Shown: in pieces, positions 1 to 22,366 of the stretch | Layout of the letters: each line of letters opens with the position of its first letter | Position numbering within the stretch: position 1 is the first letter of the stretch | NCBI GenBank assembly: GCA_039545335.1 | Contig: BCIN01000004.1 | Location: 62,001 to 126,000, forward strand | Reading direction: 5' to 3' | DNA: 64,000 nucleotides | From: Kondoa subrosea | Taxonomy: Eukaryota | Made by a program: the position numbers and the translations under genes | Notes under the pieces: model-generated | What the model was told of the DNA's origin: nothing | Seen by the model: the letters and a program-made list of their open reading frames with translations, nothing else | Databases searched by the model: none

Positions 1-1509
1 CATCGTTCGTTGCGCCAACAGCGTCCAGCAGCCAGTTGCAGGTGGTTGTTGGCGGGGGCGGAGGCTCGTCGAAATCAGGCATACCGAACAAGTTATGTCT
101 GTACTCAATATCTGAGGACAGCTTGGATCTTGTTAGCGAGCTTCTACTGTCAACTGGCGAAGATGCTCCTATGTCCGTTGCTACACATCCCAAGGTAAGT
201 TGGTCTTTGACAGCTAAGGGAGTCCAGTTCTGATCTTTAAAGCCCTTCTTAGCTCCCAGAGCTTGTTGCAGGTATCAATGCTGATGCCAGCAGTATACAA
301 AAACTCGGCCTGAACCTCAACTTGCGGTCCTTCTCATTTTCCAGCGGGCAAGTTTGGCGAAATCTCATTGTGTTGACATGACACATTTATTTAGTTTTCG
401 AAACCTTACCGCTGTTCAAGCGAGTCAATCGTCCAACGCAGAACACTTCCAGGTTCGGGACGCTGGCTCTGTCTTTCGGACCCTGTGTTGAGAAGTATTG
501 ATGTAGAGGGTTGTTGGATTTTCACCATCTGGGGACTGGGTAGCTGCCGGAAGCTCAGATGGTACAGTACATCGCGTTGCGGACAAGTGACAGGTCATCG
601 CTCATGCTGTACGCGCAGGTCCAGCTACTGACGTATCCGGAACTGGCGGTCAAGGGGCAAAGACAATTACAACCGGATGATGAGCTTTTCGACATTGATT
701 TCCACGATGAAGACCATATGGTAATTCTGATACGCTTTTACTGAATCCTCCAATGACGAGATATAGTTTTTGGTAACTTCGTCGCACAGCGTTGCTATTT
801 GGCAGTTATCGGACTTTGCAAAGCCCTCCGGTAAACCATTGCAGATTATCAGCGCCCCGACCGCGCAGTCCTTCAACTCCTCTTCTTTTCGGAGTGCCAG
901 GTCTGCCCCCTTTCTCTCAAGCTATGCGTAACCTCCTGATGATACGAGCGCCAGATTCGGACATGTGAAAATGTCCAACCATATCATTACCGTATGCAAT
1001 GTTGTCAGTACGGGATCACGTAACAAGAGGTCAAGACCGGCGTATATCAATTTATGGGATGCGATATCTGGGCGCCTGCTTAGATCAGAAGAAATCAGCC
1101 AGAAACCTATCACGGCTATGGATGTGTCTCCTGACGGACAGATGATTGGTTACGCGTCGGCGGATTTGAGTGTCGGGATTTTGGATGCCTTCACAATTCA
1201 GGTATCTCGTCGTCAGACAGGTTTTATATGGAGCCCTGACAGGTCGACCAGATGCTCTTAAAAATTCCAGCAGTTCATACCTTTCCAGTCACTACTCTCC
1301 GGTTCAGTCCCGAAAATTCGCTTCTGCTATCTGGCAGTGTCGATAACTCAATCAGCCTCATTAGGGTGAATAAGATACAACACGGCAGAGATGGTTCAGC
1401 AGGCACTTGGATATGGGCGCTGGCGGTGTGTGTACTGGCTATGCTGGCTATCTATATAGAGCTTGAATTGCCTCAAGTACGGGATTATCTGGGCGCTATA
1501 CATCTGTAG
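1..1509 (+). CDS. SEC12: Sec12/PREB-like WD40 GEF for Sar1, 5'-partial, multi-exon
   Basis: N-terminal K-loop-like motif VVVGGGGGSSKSGIPNKL; WD40 repeats (KPITAMDVSPDGQMIGYASADLSV, HTFPVTTLRFSPENSLLLSGSVDNSI); C-terminal TM segment; stop TAG at 1509. Confidence 0.8.
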
Positions 1510-1590
1510 TAGCAGTGATGGTAGCTGCTAATACGCCTTCCAATTCGCTTTCCAATGCGCTATATGCTCTGATTGCGCTATCGTCGAACA

Positions 1591-2304
1591 TTACACTGGC
1601 AATAACGTTGCGGCCCCTCGGAGTACGATTCGACTACCAAACTGCAGCGATGCTAGACCGCCGCTAAAGCTTGCCGTCAGTCAAAAGAATGTAGAGGGCT
1701 TGACGCGAAAACGAACGGAAAGTATGCCAGCAGGTAAGACATTAATGCGACGACCTGCATGATAGAGCTGCACATGGTGCCCAAATATGACCGCAGCTGA
1801 CTGTGGATTTCAGCACGACGATCCACAATCGCGTAAACTATCCTACAACTATGGCGCAATACAGCGTCAGGGAAAGACTAGCCAAATACGTCAGGGTGAA
1901 GAGAATACGATCTCTTGCGATCAAGTGCCGCAGGTGAGAAACAGGACCTTGCAAGACTGCAAAGCTTGGCACCTTCGCGTGAGATCTCCATAACTGTCAG
2001 CCGTAGATCCAGAGCATACCCTAGCATGAATAATAAAGAGCCCATGCTGAAAGCTATGGCAAACTTCCGAGGCTTGACGGCCAATAATGGTAAAGCGAGA
2101 AAGGCGACCAGAAAGCAAAGACTACTGCCAATGCAGCAAATAAGGAAGCCTAGAAAACGGTCGCTAGCTGATAAGGCGTGAAGCCTGTGACAGCTCAATA
2201 CGGTGCCATACACACAAAGTGGCTAAGACGTACGATAGCAGTTCGTCCGATCGAACGGGCGATGTAGAGGAAGTAACGCCGCCATTATGATCGGGAGTAG
2301 CCAT
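1591..2304 (-). CDS. SFT2: Sft2/Got1-family vesicle transport membrane protein
   Basis: [48 protein letters not shown]; spliced C-terminus [30 protein letters not shown] (stop 1591-1593); start codon uncertain. Confidence 0.85.
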
Positions 2305-2770
2305 AAACAACGTAGACTGTCGACGAGCTTTTGGACGCTTTCTGGGCCTGTCTTTCGCATCATTCGGGAGGAGAAGGCAAGCAAGCAGCTACAGACCAGT
2401 CAGTAAACGACAAACAACTTTGAAAGAGGCTCGCGCTGGATTGTCGCTAAGCGGCATGCAAGGAACGATTATGATTGAAATCAAGTTGAAGTATCCGGCC
2501 TCCTGGAAGGCCATCTGAGCGCTGGCCCGCTGAGCAATGACCATCAACGTCTTCCCTCAAGGCATATTGACGAGTATTAAGATTCTAGACACATGGCTTT
2601 AGTACATTCCGCGAGAGTCAGTCTATATAGCCCCATATGCCCGACCTGTCTTCATCTGACATCTTCCGATAGTTCTGATACGCTACGAGATCAATAGTCA
2701 TCGGCCGACGCTACTGATAGCAGTTGAACAGAGCGCAAGCTCCAACTGCTCGACAAGCATTCACACCTTC

Positions 2771-5585
2771 TTACAGTAGATCTGCAAGCAAATCAACACT
2801 CGGTTGGCTCTGCGAGCTATCTGGACCATGTGACAAGCTCAGCGGTGTCAAGCTGAACACCGATTTCGACTCTTGCTTTTCGCCGACTGCGTTTTCGTCG
2901 AAGAGTCCAATCAGGTCGCTTAGCGCCTTTGCTGAGCTGTGCGAATCACTGGCATCGACAAAAGTTGGGTTTTCGACCACAGCATCATCTTGGAGGTCTA
3001 AAAGGTTCTCCGATTGCTGCCCGGCGACCAGGGTTTTGATAGCTCGCTCGCGCGACACATCCTCGCCGCGACTATTTTCTAGTCAGCAAAGGCATGTTGA
3101 AGTGGATTTACGCACTCTAGCGATTTTTTGTTTACTGCATCCGCGCCTGTGCTAGTTCTGCCCACAAAAGCTTCCTTCGGCCTATGATACACACTAGACA
3201 GAGCCGAAAGTTCTTTGAGCAACTCTTCTAGCAATGCAGGCGGCATTTCTGAAAACTTGATAGACATTGGCGGTCGGCTTGCGAGAACGACATCCTAAGA
3301 GAATACAAATTTAGCAAAAATCTCGATACCCTGTGCGAGTCACCTTTGTGACTTCCGCATTACTACTCAACAAGCGCCAATAGACCTTTGCGATGTTAAT
3401 ACATCAATCTCGCAAGCCTCGATCTGGTGAATTAGCTCACATATGCTCGATCTCTGACATCTGGACTATCACAACACTTCGTCGCTAGCTCGAGAACGCG
3501 CTGAACCAGGCGTTGTGCGCCACTTGGACGTTTGAGAAAGGTCTTGACCGTGGCAGTTAGGGTCTGAAGCTGAACCTAGAGTGTATACGCATCACATAAT
3601 GCGTAGATATCAAGCAACGGATACTAACTGAGACATGATCCTCTTCGAAGCTGCTAACGAAATGGCCAATTAAGTCTTCTGCATTGGTAATCTTCTCCGC
3701 GTATTCGCCCAGCATCCATACGAGCGACGCTCGAGCCTCGGTCTCGTCCAGAGTATCGAGATTGGAACACAATAATGGTATGGCCCCCTCGTACTGATGT
3801 GGATAGCGCCTGAAAATGTCCTGCGCACGATCAGATCAACACGAGAACTCGAAATACATCGGAAAGCGGCGCCCAACCTTCAACACGACTACTGCTTCCT
3901 GTACCACGTAGCTGACCCGAGTGGACACCATCTCAAGCAAGATATTGACACATTTTTCTGCAGCCGACTCAATCTTTATGGCGCAAAGACCGATGGCTTT
4001 GATACTCCGACGGACAAAGTCCACATCAGCTTCTGACGCATATTCCTTCAGTTCACTAAGCAGTGTATCGACATTGTTTTGATTCGCCAGCGAGATGATG
4101 ATTTTCAATTTCTCGACTTTCAAGTATGGCGGATCGTTGTACTTGATAAAGAATACACGCACTTCGGCAGTCAAGGCTTCCGGACGTTTTTGTAAGATGA
4201 GGTTGATATTCCGTAAAGCGACCCATTGGATTTCTGGCGCAGATGATACTAAGGTTACTACATAAAAGGCTATCAGCTGAACAGTCTTGTCCGGCGCAAC
4301 TAACGGACCCAGTGGAGGGCCCATTTTTTTCAGCATCTGCTTAGTGAACTCTTCTCGCTGCACAACAGAAAGGTGAATCATGATCACCTGTCGAGATCTC
4401 ATTTTGAGAACCATTTCGGCATGACATATACACTTACTTTAATGGCGGCCAGAACCACACTAGGATTGGCATGCTGGAACTGGGGGATCACCCTTTCGCA
4501 GATGTGCTCCGCCTCCTTTCCATCTTCAGGTGTATATTTAGCTATCGTCCCTAGAATGGCGATTCTACCCCATTCCGTACACTCGCCCAGAGCTACAAGC
4601 AGCCTGGACAATATAGCTGAATCTAGGACAAAGGGGCGTTCATGCAATGGTGTGCCACTTGCCGTCAGGCTATCCTCGCGCCTAGCAAGAAACGGTCCAT
4701 TGAGACTTGTCTCCTGAATCTCGGTTAGAGCTGTTATAGCGTTGGCCACGACCATAGGATTTGTGTCGGCCAGCATAAGAACCAGGCTGCCAACGAACCC
4801 ATTCTCCAAGCAAAGGCCCGGCTTTAGATCGTAAAGTTTCGCAACGCAGATGGCAGCAGTCTTGCGAACGTATGGATTATCGTCCTCGAGACATTTTCTC
4901 AATGGACTGCACAGATAATCAATGATCTTCTCGGCTCGTAAGCACCCCATGGTCCTGATAGCCAAGGCTCGAATCAATGGGTTTGGATCTTCGGTGTCCT
5001 TGACAAAGGTATTGACGGCCAAACTGCAACCATAGCCAATCACTTAATGTAATCAATAAGTAGGCCTCGAGCACTCACATCACAAGCTCTGGCTGTGTTT
5101 TTGCGTAATTCATCAGGTACAGATAGCTGAAGGCGAGGCGTGAGTGACAAGCCAAGAGTTAGGGGAGGCAGCTAACACGAGCTTCTTTTGCTCCAGATCT
5201 TCCGTTTGCATGTTTTTCAGCACATCAGGAAACAGACCACTGACGTCCTATCACGAACACCCATAAGGTCAGTCATACTGAGAAGAGGGACCTTACCTTC
5301 CCGACTGTCATGTTTGCGATGACCTAGTTGCAATAAAGCTGAGCTGAATCCTGAAGGGGGACCATCTATCACGCACACGTTTGATAGCATCCTTTCGCTT
5401 GTCCGAATATTGAGAATTTAGGTCTGTTCGGAGTTCATAATTCTCGCCCTACGTAGAGAATTCAATCATTGCCGTGCTCCGTGAGACAAGAGCCCTACTT
5501 TGCGAGCCGCCCCGAAGAAACGAGACTGCCGACCACTGCTTTGTACATTCTGCTGAATGCGCTGCGCTATCTCTTGAAGATTCAT
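2771..5585 (-). CDS. APL2: AP-1 adaptor complex beta subunit (beta-adaptin)
   Basis: Spliced N-terminus MNLQEIAQ...[89 protein letters not shown]. Confidence 0.9.
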
Positions 5586-5650
5586 GGTGGTTCCAAGTCA
5601 GCAAAGGCCATTTCTTGTAAGCGAATTCTTATATGGTGCAACGAACCACG

Positions 5651-6828
<1,178 letters not shown>

Positions 6829-6906
6829 TGCAGAAGAGGGTTGGAAAGGTGGAAAGAAGCTACTTTGTATGTATGTACATTAGAACATGTAATGCTATGG
6901 CCTCCT

Positions 6907-15787
<8,881 letters not shown>

Positions 15788-15812
15788 GGTTGATTGAGTG
15801 ATGCTCTGAATT

Positions 15813-18510
15813 TTATTTTTTAGCCGGACACTCTCGCTCTTGGTTATTTGATTGTGTATGAGCATTGCCGGTAACGTTCAAAACTGTTCTTTCTAACCTT
15901 CGTCTTGACCTTTGTGGAGCTGTCTTATCTTCCAGCAACTTAAAGTCCCTACCTGGCAGCCACCGCTTCTTCGCGCTTGATCGAGGCGCTCTCTGTCCTG
16001 CTTCTTCAAAGCTTGACACTTATCTGCCTTCGCCTCAAGTCTCCCCTGCCGGCCCAATTTCTGCTTCCTCAGGCATATATCCTTCTCTCACATTCAAAGC
16101 AAGATAGCAGCCAATTGTGCTTGCCCTTTGGCTCAATTCCGCCAGATAGACTGGAGTATCCGTGCTGCCTTTCAATACTTCAGGTACCGATCAAGTCGAA
16201 GGCAGGGTCAATTAGGAACAGTTTCTTGTCACGAGACGACCTTCAATAATTAGCAATGCTCAGGTCCCGCCAATCTCTGAAAACGGCATATTATGAGATT
16301 TGAGCCATACACACATGACCTTGTTTGGATCCGCTGTACCGCTTATTCATTTGTTTTCTCGTACTCGCATAACTGATTGCTTCTCATCATGCTAAACTCA
16401 GCAACTTGCACTTACCTCATGTCATTTGTTGCAAGGGCAACTGGTGAAAATGTTCCATAGAAGTCTCTCGGCCAGTACATCTCATCTTGCAAATCTGTTC
16501 GTCGTTCGGGCGACATCGTATATTACGCGCGATCACAGCACAGGTGTCACAAAAAGTTGATGATCTAAGGAAAGGGTCTACCTGCGTATGGACTGCCAAC
16601 TTACGTCTCATGCAATGCACATACCTAAATGGGCGCTGTCAATGTATGGTATACTCTCGGTCGGTAGCAAGGTCGGTGTCCGTAAAAGGATACTTGTTCC
16701 TCAAACTTCGACAACCTTGATCGCTATCGTTGGTATTTAAGACTAGCAAAAGAGAAACGAGCTTGATCATCTTCTAAATCTAATAAGCGTTTCGAGCTTT
16801 TCCTTCACCGCCTTTCTCTTTCTCTTGATCGCACATTTGCCTACAACTGTATCACCTCGCGAACTCGAGCCGGCGCTCAGTACGATAGAACGCTCATACA
16901 AAATCACTTTGCACAGCAGAGCTTCTTAAGAATCAATCTCTTTAGAGTGGGTGCGTTGGCTGATGCTCTTCCCCATGGGCGAAAGCCAGACGCATGGATA
17001 TCGGTATAGAGTATGGATTTCTTCGGCTGTCTCCAAGAAAATCGAGACTAGCAGTACAGAAGGGGAAATAGAAGGCGAAAACAAGCGTATGGAGACACGG
17101 GATGAATCGCGAACTGGAGGCAATGGCGGAATAAGAAAGCGAAAGAATACCGGACAGGGATCCTGTCGAAGCTTGCATTCGACGCATATTGGACAAATCT
17201 TTTGTATTAGTCACCATCTGGGCTGAGTCATGAAGTCATGCGTCCAACGGGCACCTTAGTGCCCAAGTACTGGAAGTGAGTCTATTCTTGCTGAGAGTGA
17301 AATTAAGATTTTGTGGGAAGGTGTTCTATAGGCGAAAGATCTGATTCTGATTTTGTATGTTGACTCGACGTTGAAATAGCAATGCCACAGCCGCAGCACG
17401 CAATCAAGCCAGACCGATGGAGTCTGTGAAGACATGCATTGGAGATCTATGTGATATGGTAACGGAGCAACCCAGGGAGACACCGTCACCCGTCGAGATT
17501 CGAAATATACTTTAGTTCGGGCGGCCAAGCATTGCGCTGTTTAGCCTCAGCCTTGTACTATGGTCCATACGGAAGAAAGTAGAGGTGGAACTCGAAAAGC
17601 AAGGAGAGGTCTGACCCGTTTATCTGGTAAGGACGACTCTTAATCTTCCCAGTGGCCTGGAGGCTAGAGAAAGGCATTTTGGTCTTCTAACAGGACTTCA
17701 AGCTACCTTTGAATTAAGCGTCAGCCGCGTGTCGCGTTCGATAGGCTCTTCTAGGCCTGCCCCTCCAAGATCAAAAGAAGATTTTGCTTCTTGCAAACCC
17801 AATGCAACTTTCTTCGCGAGAGAACTGTCTGCTGGCGCAATACCGGGCAATGGTGTGGTGCCGCAAATGCAGGGATTTACGTCTTTCTGCAAGTCTACTA
17901 TACCCGAAAACCATCGATCTGAAAGCGAGCGTTTGAACAAGGGAAGATCCTTCTTGTCTATTTCCCTGAACATCAAGTCAATTGAGGCAGAAGTTACCCC
18001 GTTTTCGGCGAATACGGAAGCGTTGCAGAACAAGAAATATTCGCCGTGAGTTCGCTCATCCTGAAAACATAATTTCCATTCACTGAAGTCAGCATAGGTA
18101 CGGAATGGCTGAAAGGTGCAACGCACTAAGGACTCGGAGTCACACGTCTCGAGCCATGTGGTTGTCGTCACATGCCCTGTCAGACGCTGGCGCACCGGCT
18201 GCGACCTTTACCTTAGCAGCAACAACCCTTTTAAGGATTGGACCAAATGAAGATTGTACCTATTTAGTTGATGCCAGCTTCGCATCGCCGCTCCAGGGAA
18301 CAGGAACACTCATGTTGTCGAGCAATCCGTTGTTCCTAAGTCAGGATGGGGTCCTAGAGTTATGGCCTAACTGGATCGAGCTCGATCTACGCGGCATAGT
18401 GAAGAGCTTGGCGAAATATGCAGATCTTACTGCACTGAATAACGCATACACCGAAAGAGTCATCATGGCGGACCGATCTCGTGACAGCCTTTCGGGCGTA
18501 TTGTGACATA
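15813..18510 (-). pseudogene. Decayed multi-exon gene of unknown family
   Basis: Exon-like stretches bounded by canonical intron signals (GTAAGT, GTATGG, gctgacttcag, gctaattattgaag); a 165-aa open segment (17698-18195); flanking exons carry in-frame stops; interrupted by a retroelement 3' fragment near 17400-17490. Confidence 0.4.
17400..17492 (+). mobile_element. Severely 5'-truncated 3' end of the same non-LTR retrotransposon family as 21757-22160
   Basis: TGG AGT CTG TGA (W-x-L-stop), short spacer, then ATGGTAACGGAGCAACCCAG-N5-CACC-NN-CACC; same layout as the minus-strand copy. Confidence 0.55.
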
Positions 18511-18721
18511 CCGGTATATATATATATGTATCGTGCTGAACATTGCGATTGTATAGTTGAATGCTTACCCGCCTCGTCGAATGATAACTGGCTCTGCCAA
18601 ACCATGGAGCGACAGTACATGTTCAATTCGTGAACTTGTGAGGCGCGCGATGAACAGGGCCTAGAGAGGGAAGAATACGACTATGAGGGGGTAAAAGGTG
18701 TACATGTGTCGCATACGTTAT

Positions 18722-18850
18722 TGTTATGCTGTAGGGAAACAAAAGGCCCGGGCTGACTGCGCGACGATACATGTATATCAAGTCGAGACCCCTGCCAGGT
18801 ACGGTAATCTTTACGCATAACTTATACCGAAATGTCCCTTTCTTATAACA
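18722..18850. mobile_element. Possible short solo LTR
   Basis: Begins TGTTAT and ends ATAACA (inverted TG...CA termini); no matching target-site duplication; short (129 bp). Confidence 0.25.
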
Positions 18851-18915
18851 GCCGCCATCCCTCCTCCATATACACGTAGCCCTTAATTTGATAACGTTGC
18901 TACCCCTCTCCTTTT

Positions 18916-19073
18916 GCCGTCGCTGCCCCTTCATGTATTACGGCGCTGCCCCTCATTTTCTAAAAGCCTCAGAATCTAAGTCAATACAAACGCTACGAAG
19001 GTGAAAGTAGGCTCATTTTGAAGCTCTGGCCGAGCTGTATGTACTGGTCCACTCAGAATCGCGATATTTCTTC
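18916..19073 (+). repeat. Left terminal inverted repeat
   Basis: Reverse complement of 21360-21518; contains the internal direct repeat GCTGCCCCT twice. Confidence 0.9.
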
Positions 19074-20147
19074 ATTATCAAATGATGTCACCAAGGCGTT
19101 TCTATGTAGCCCATAGATATGCTCACACGGTTATGAAGGTGTATTTACTGTCTCTGTTTTGCTCCGCTTGGATTAAGAACTTCATCACCCGCGACATGCG
19201 GTCGTTCGCCTGACAGACGTGCAATCGCATTATGCGAGTCTTTCTTCATATCTGTCTACCCGCATGCTAACAGCCATACATCATGCTTTACTCCTCTTCT
19301 ATTACTCGCCTCTGATGTGGATGTAAGCCTTTAGGCGGAGTCAGAGGTGTGTGAAGTTCTCGCGTGGTTTCGTCTTCTCAGCTTAGCCTAATGTATCTCT
19401 CATCTCTGTTCGGTCCTTCATCAGCACCTACTAACCGTCTACATATACCATAGCTAGCCAACAAGAAAAGGCAATACGTTGGTCGTAGGCTCGAATTCCT
19501 CTAATATCGAGTACATTGTCAAGGTTCTCCCGCCGGCCCTGTGACCCCTATGCCTGTCTAATATCTCATTTGCATCTGTCTTTTTGGTGTTTCGGTATTA
19601 TATATTGCTCGTTCCCGACACCCGAGAGCTTTTGTATGGGCAACAAAGAGTTGCTATTGCGAACACATGCACGCCCGTATCAATGAAGTATTCAAATCAT
19701 GGGAGCTCACTTCTCATCTCAACAAGAAGCAAGCCTCTTTCTAATCATTTCCCATTTTTATGTAGACTGTCGGTACTGTAACGTTTACTGTAATGATGTA
19801 TGATTCTCCCTCAGTGCTTCTAGTAGTCATGAGTCTTCTTCAAGCTGTAGACGTCTCAAAAGAATGCGACCGCGAGACGGGTTTTAGGGTTAGATCTGTC
19901 GAAGGCATCTTGTATGTCTGTCGGGCTTGTTTAGAAGGTATAAGTTACCTATAGATAACGTAGTATTCCTAAGCGCTGTCATGCATTGAGGTCGTTCTCT
20001 GATGTTCTTCATCCCCTTATGACATCTTTTCCTCATTATGTCTCGGCGCGGTTTGTGATCTTCGGGCTGGAGAAGATGAGCTGGGAGTCTCAACATAGCA
20101 CTCTAAGGGTAGCAGGATACTCGCCTGTCTTGCTTTAGAATCTCAAG

Positions 20148-21040
20148 ATGGCGAAAACCACTAGATACATCAATTATGACTTTTAGTTTGAATTCGGCAG
20201 CTGGAAGGGTTGAACGTCATCAACAGTTCACTCTGTACTAGGCAGGCTCAGGTTCGGTGGATGTAACTTACAAGACTAAAATCAGAGAAGTCTGCGCTCA
20301 ATCAGACTCATGTCTTGGAGATAGTACATTCCGGTTCCGCATTCTATGAATCGACTCCAAGTACTGCATGCAATGGCATTTTTGCTGAAGAAAATACATC
20401 TGGAGGTGCCAGTATACAAGGAAACACTTGATGTACTGCTCGCAAGGCATAAATCACACTGCAATGTGCCGAGACATGATTCAGCAAAGTTCGATGATGA
20501 AGTACGAGAGCTCGCTAACCTTCTATGGAAATGACAGAAAATTCGAAAGCCTAGATCCTGAGACGATAGGTGGCATATTACAATGGTCACTTGAGCCAAA
20601 GATAGATCCGTTTTCTTTAGGTACTTTGCTGTTTTCCGAAATCGCCTTTGATTCGCTAGCCCACAAGATCTGGGGCATCTGATTTATCTAGCAGCTTCAT
20701 CAATAGTCAAAATAGATTCTGAGCAACGAACAGCAGCATTTTTGCGAAGAACAGCCTGTGATTGATCCCGGAACCAAATGATACTACATTGAGCTACACA
20801 GCTCGTCAGCAAAGTCTGTCTGGACTGTAAGTCACAAACTTACCCTTAGTATATGCGACAACTGTACGTCTACATCAGACCAAACGCGACCCGAATTGGC
20901 ATTCTAGCCCGCTTGATTGTTCAACACAGTTTTAGTCAGGCTATCGTTCTGGTGAGTCGCCGTGCACTGAAAACCAAGACACGTAGATCTATTCAGCCGG
21001 CACAGCCCTATACCAGAACCGAGACGTGCGACTAGGTAAG
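20148..21040 (+). pseudogene. Decayed intron-containing cargo gene inside the TIR element
   Basis: Protein-like frames 20346-20534 and 20428-20826 joined by a frameshift, with several stops; successive GTAAGT, GTGAGT and GTAAGA donors with CAG acceptors that keep phase. Confidence 0.4.
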
Positions 21041-21359
21041 ATGAAAGGAAAAGGAGTAATGCAATGTGACCTACAATTTCACCTTCTCACCTTGATGCAC
21101 AGTAATTTGTAGCTTGAATCTCAGATTGACCGACGCAGCGTCAACTACTTGTGCTGTAAGCGTCTAGCTCTGCCTTAGGTTAGCAGACACAGGAAACATG
21201 ATCCATTCGAAGCATGCCATTCGAGCTACAATATGCCAAAGCATAGCATGCGTGGGGGACACAGCAGATACAGAGAGTGGTCCCAAAGACAAATTACTGG
21301 CTGATCTGGATAGAGCGTCAAGGAGTAGAATAAGATCAAACGCGTCCCACAACTAGTAC

Positions 21360-21518
21360 TGAAGGAAATATGCCAGATGAGCTGTACCAGTGCATGCAGC
21401 TCGCCAAGAGCTTCAAAACGAGCCTACTTTGACCTTCATAGCGCTCGTATAGACTTAGATTCTGAGGCTTTTAGAATTCGAGGGGCAGCGCCGTAATGCA
21501 TGAAGGGGCAGCATCGGC
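21360..21518 (-). repeat. Right terminal inverted repeat
   Basis: Reverse complement of 18916-19073. Confidence 0.9.
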
Positions 21519-21756
21519 TTCGTGAGCTGAGTAGGACTGGTATCGCAGTCAGGGCCAAGACGCAGAATGTGTACTCCGATTTATCAAGATACCTTACTCT
21601 GCTGTGTGTCTTTGTCTGTTTTGAAATTACAAGAGTCGTCGTCTATGAAAAGCTTATACAAGAGAGTTTTCGAATGGCTCTTGTAGCAGCGGGGGTTTCT
21701 GCACCAATCAGGCTTGCTTAGTTCAAAGGTCGGACTCGCTAGCCGGATTGTTATAC

Positions 21757-22160
21757 GGTGCCGGTGTTTTACTGGGTTGCTCCGTTACCATTCATATCAT
21801 ATCATATAAGCGAACCTTATCTGATACTTGTTTCCTTGTTCACAAAATCACAAAATCCACTGACGAGACCGAGCACGAAGCAGAACAACACTTAAATTAG
21901 AAATGAGAGACTTGTAAGTTGCTTTGCCCATGAGATTCTGCCAATGATCGAAAATTAGTTGAGTAGAAGCGGAAAGAGCACCGCTGGAGGTAGTAATGAT
22001 AGGGTGAAAAGAGGCGGGTGTGAGACCAGAGTAGTGTCGATTCTTCTCTGCTACCTTGTTGTTGAGATATTGAGCAATGGTTGACTTTGCTGTTGTAAGC
22101 CTGTCAACTCCTTTGTGGGGGGACGAGGAACTCAGAACAACGCTGACGCTCGTATGGGAC
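21757..22160 (-). mobile_element. 5'-truncated non-LTR retrotransposon, C-terminal restriction-like endonuclease region (CRE/SLACS/Cnl1/MoTeR-like) plus 3' UTR
   Basis: ORF end VAEKNRHYSGLTPASFHPIITTSSGALS...LSVVLLRARSRQWIL* fits the K-x-x-x-Y...F-x-P-x6-G pattern of RLE-clade element C-termini; followed by (TATGA)3 and the conserved 20-nt motif; 5' boundary approximate. Confidence 0.65.
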
Positions 22161-22366
22161 AGAACCGTCCAATGCGAATTGCCCTTGCCGGCTAATCGCA
22201 GAACAAAAGGACCAAAAAGAACACTGCGAAGAACCCTCTTCAAAGGTTTTTCTTGTACAATTTCGGTGCGCGCCAGATACATGGTACATTCTATAGGATG
22301 CTTGCTGCTAGTGTTTGTGACAATCTGAAATCAGTGATATGCGGCTGACTTCTCAATAGATTGCTA

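Larger units (their letters stand above)
18916..21518. mobile_element. Degenerate or non-autonomous DNA transposon with long terminal inverted repeats
   Basis: About 155-bp imperfect inverted repeats at both ends (GCCG..GCTGCCCCTTCATGYATTACGGCGCTGCCCCTC...CTAAAAGCCTCAGAATCTAAGTC...); no intact transposase ORF inside. Confidence 0.8.

Noticed and set aside
20148..20830. In-frame stops as proof of RIP-like C-to-T mutation
   Set aside because: Every stop codon can be reverted by T-to-C at position 1, so this is not diagnostic without aligned copies
20755..20900. Fanzor/TnpB-like motifs inside the TIR element (VIDPG, CLDC, CDNC, RDPN)
   Set aside because: The motifs lie in three different frames with wrong spacing, and the CxxC pairs overlap a canonical GTAAGT...CAG intron; no RuvC-II motif found. 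An HMM search of frameshift-corrected translations would settle it.
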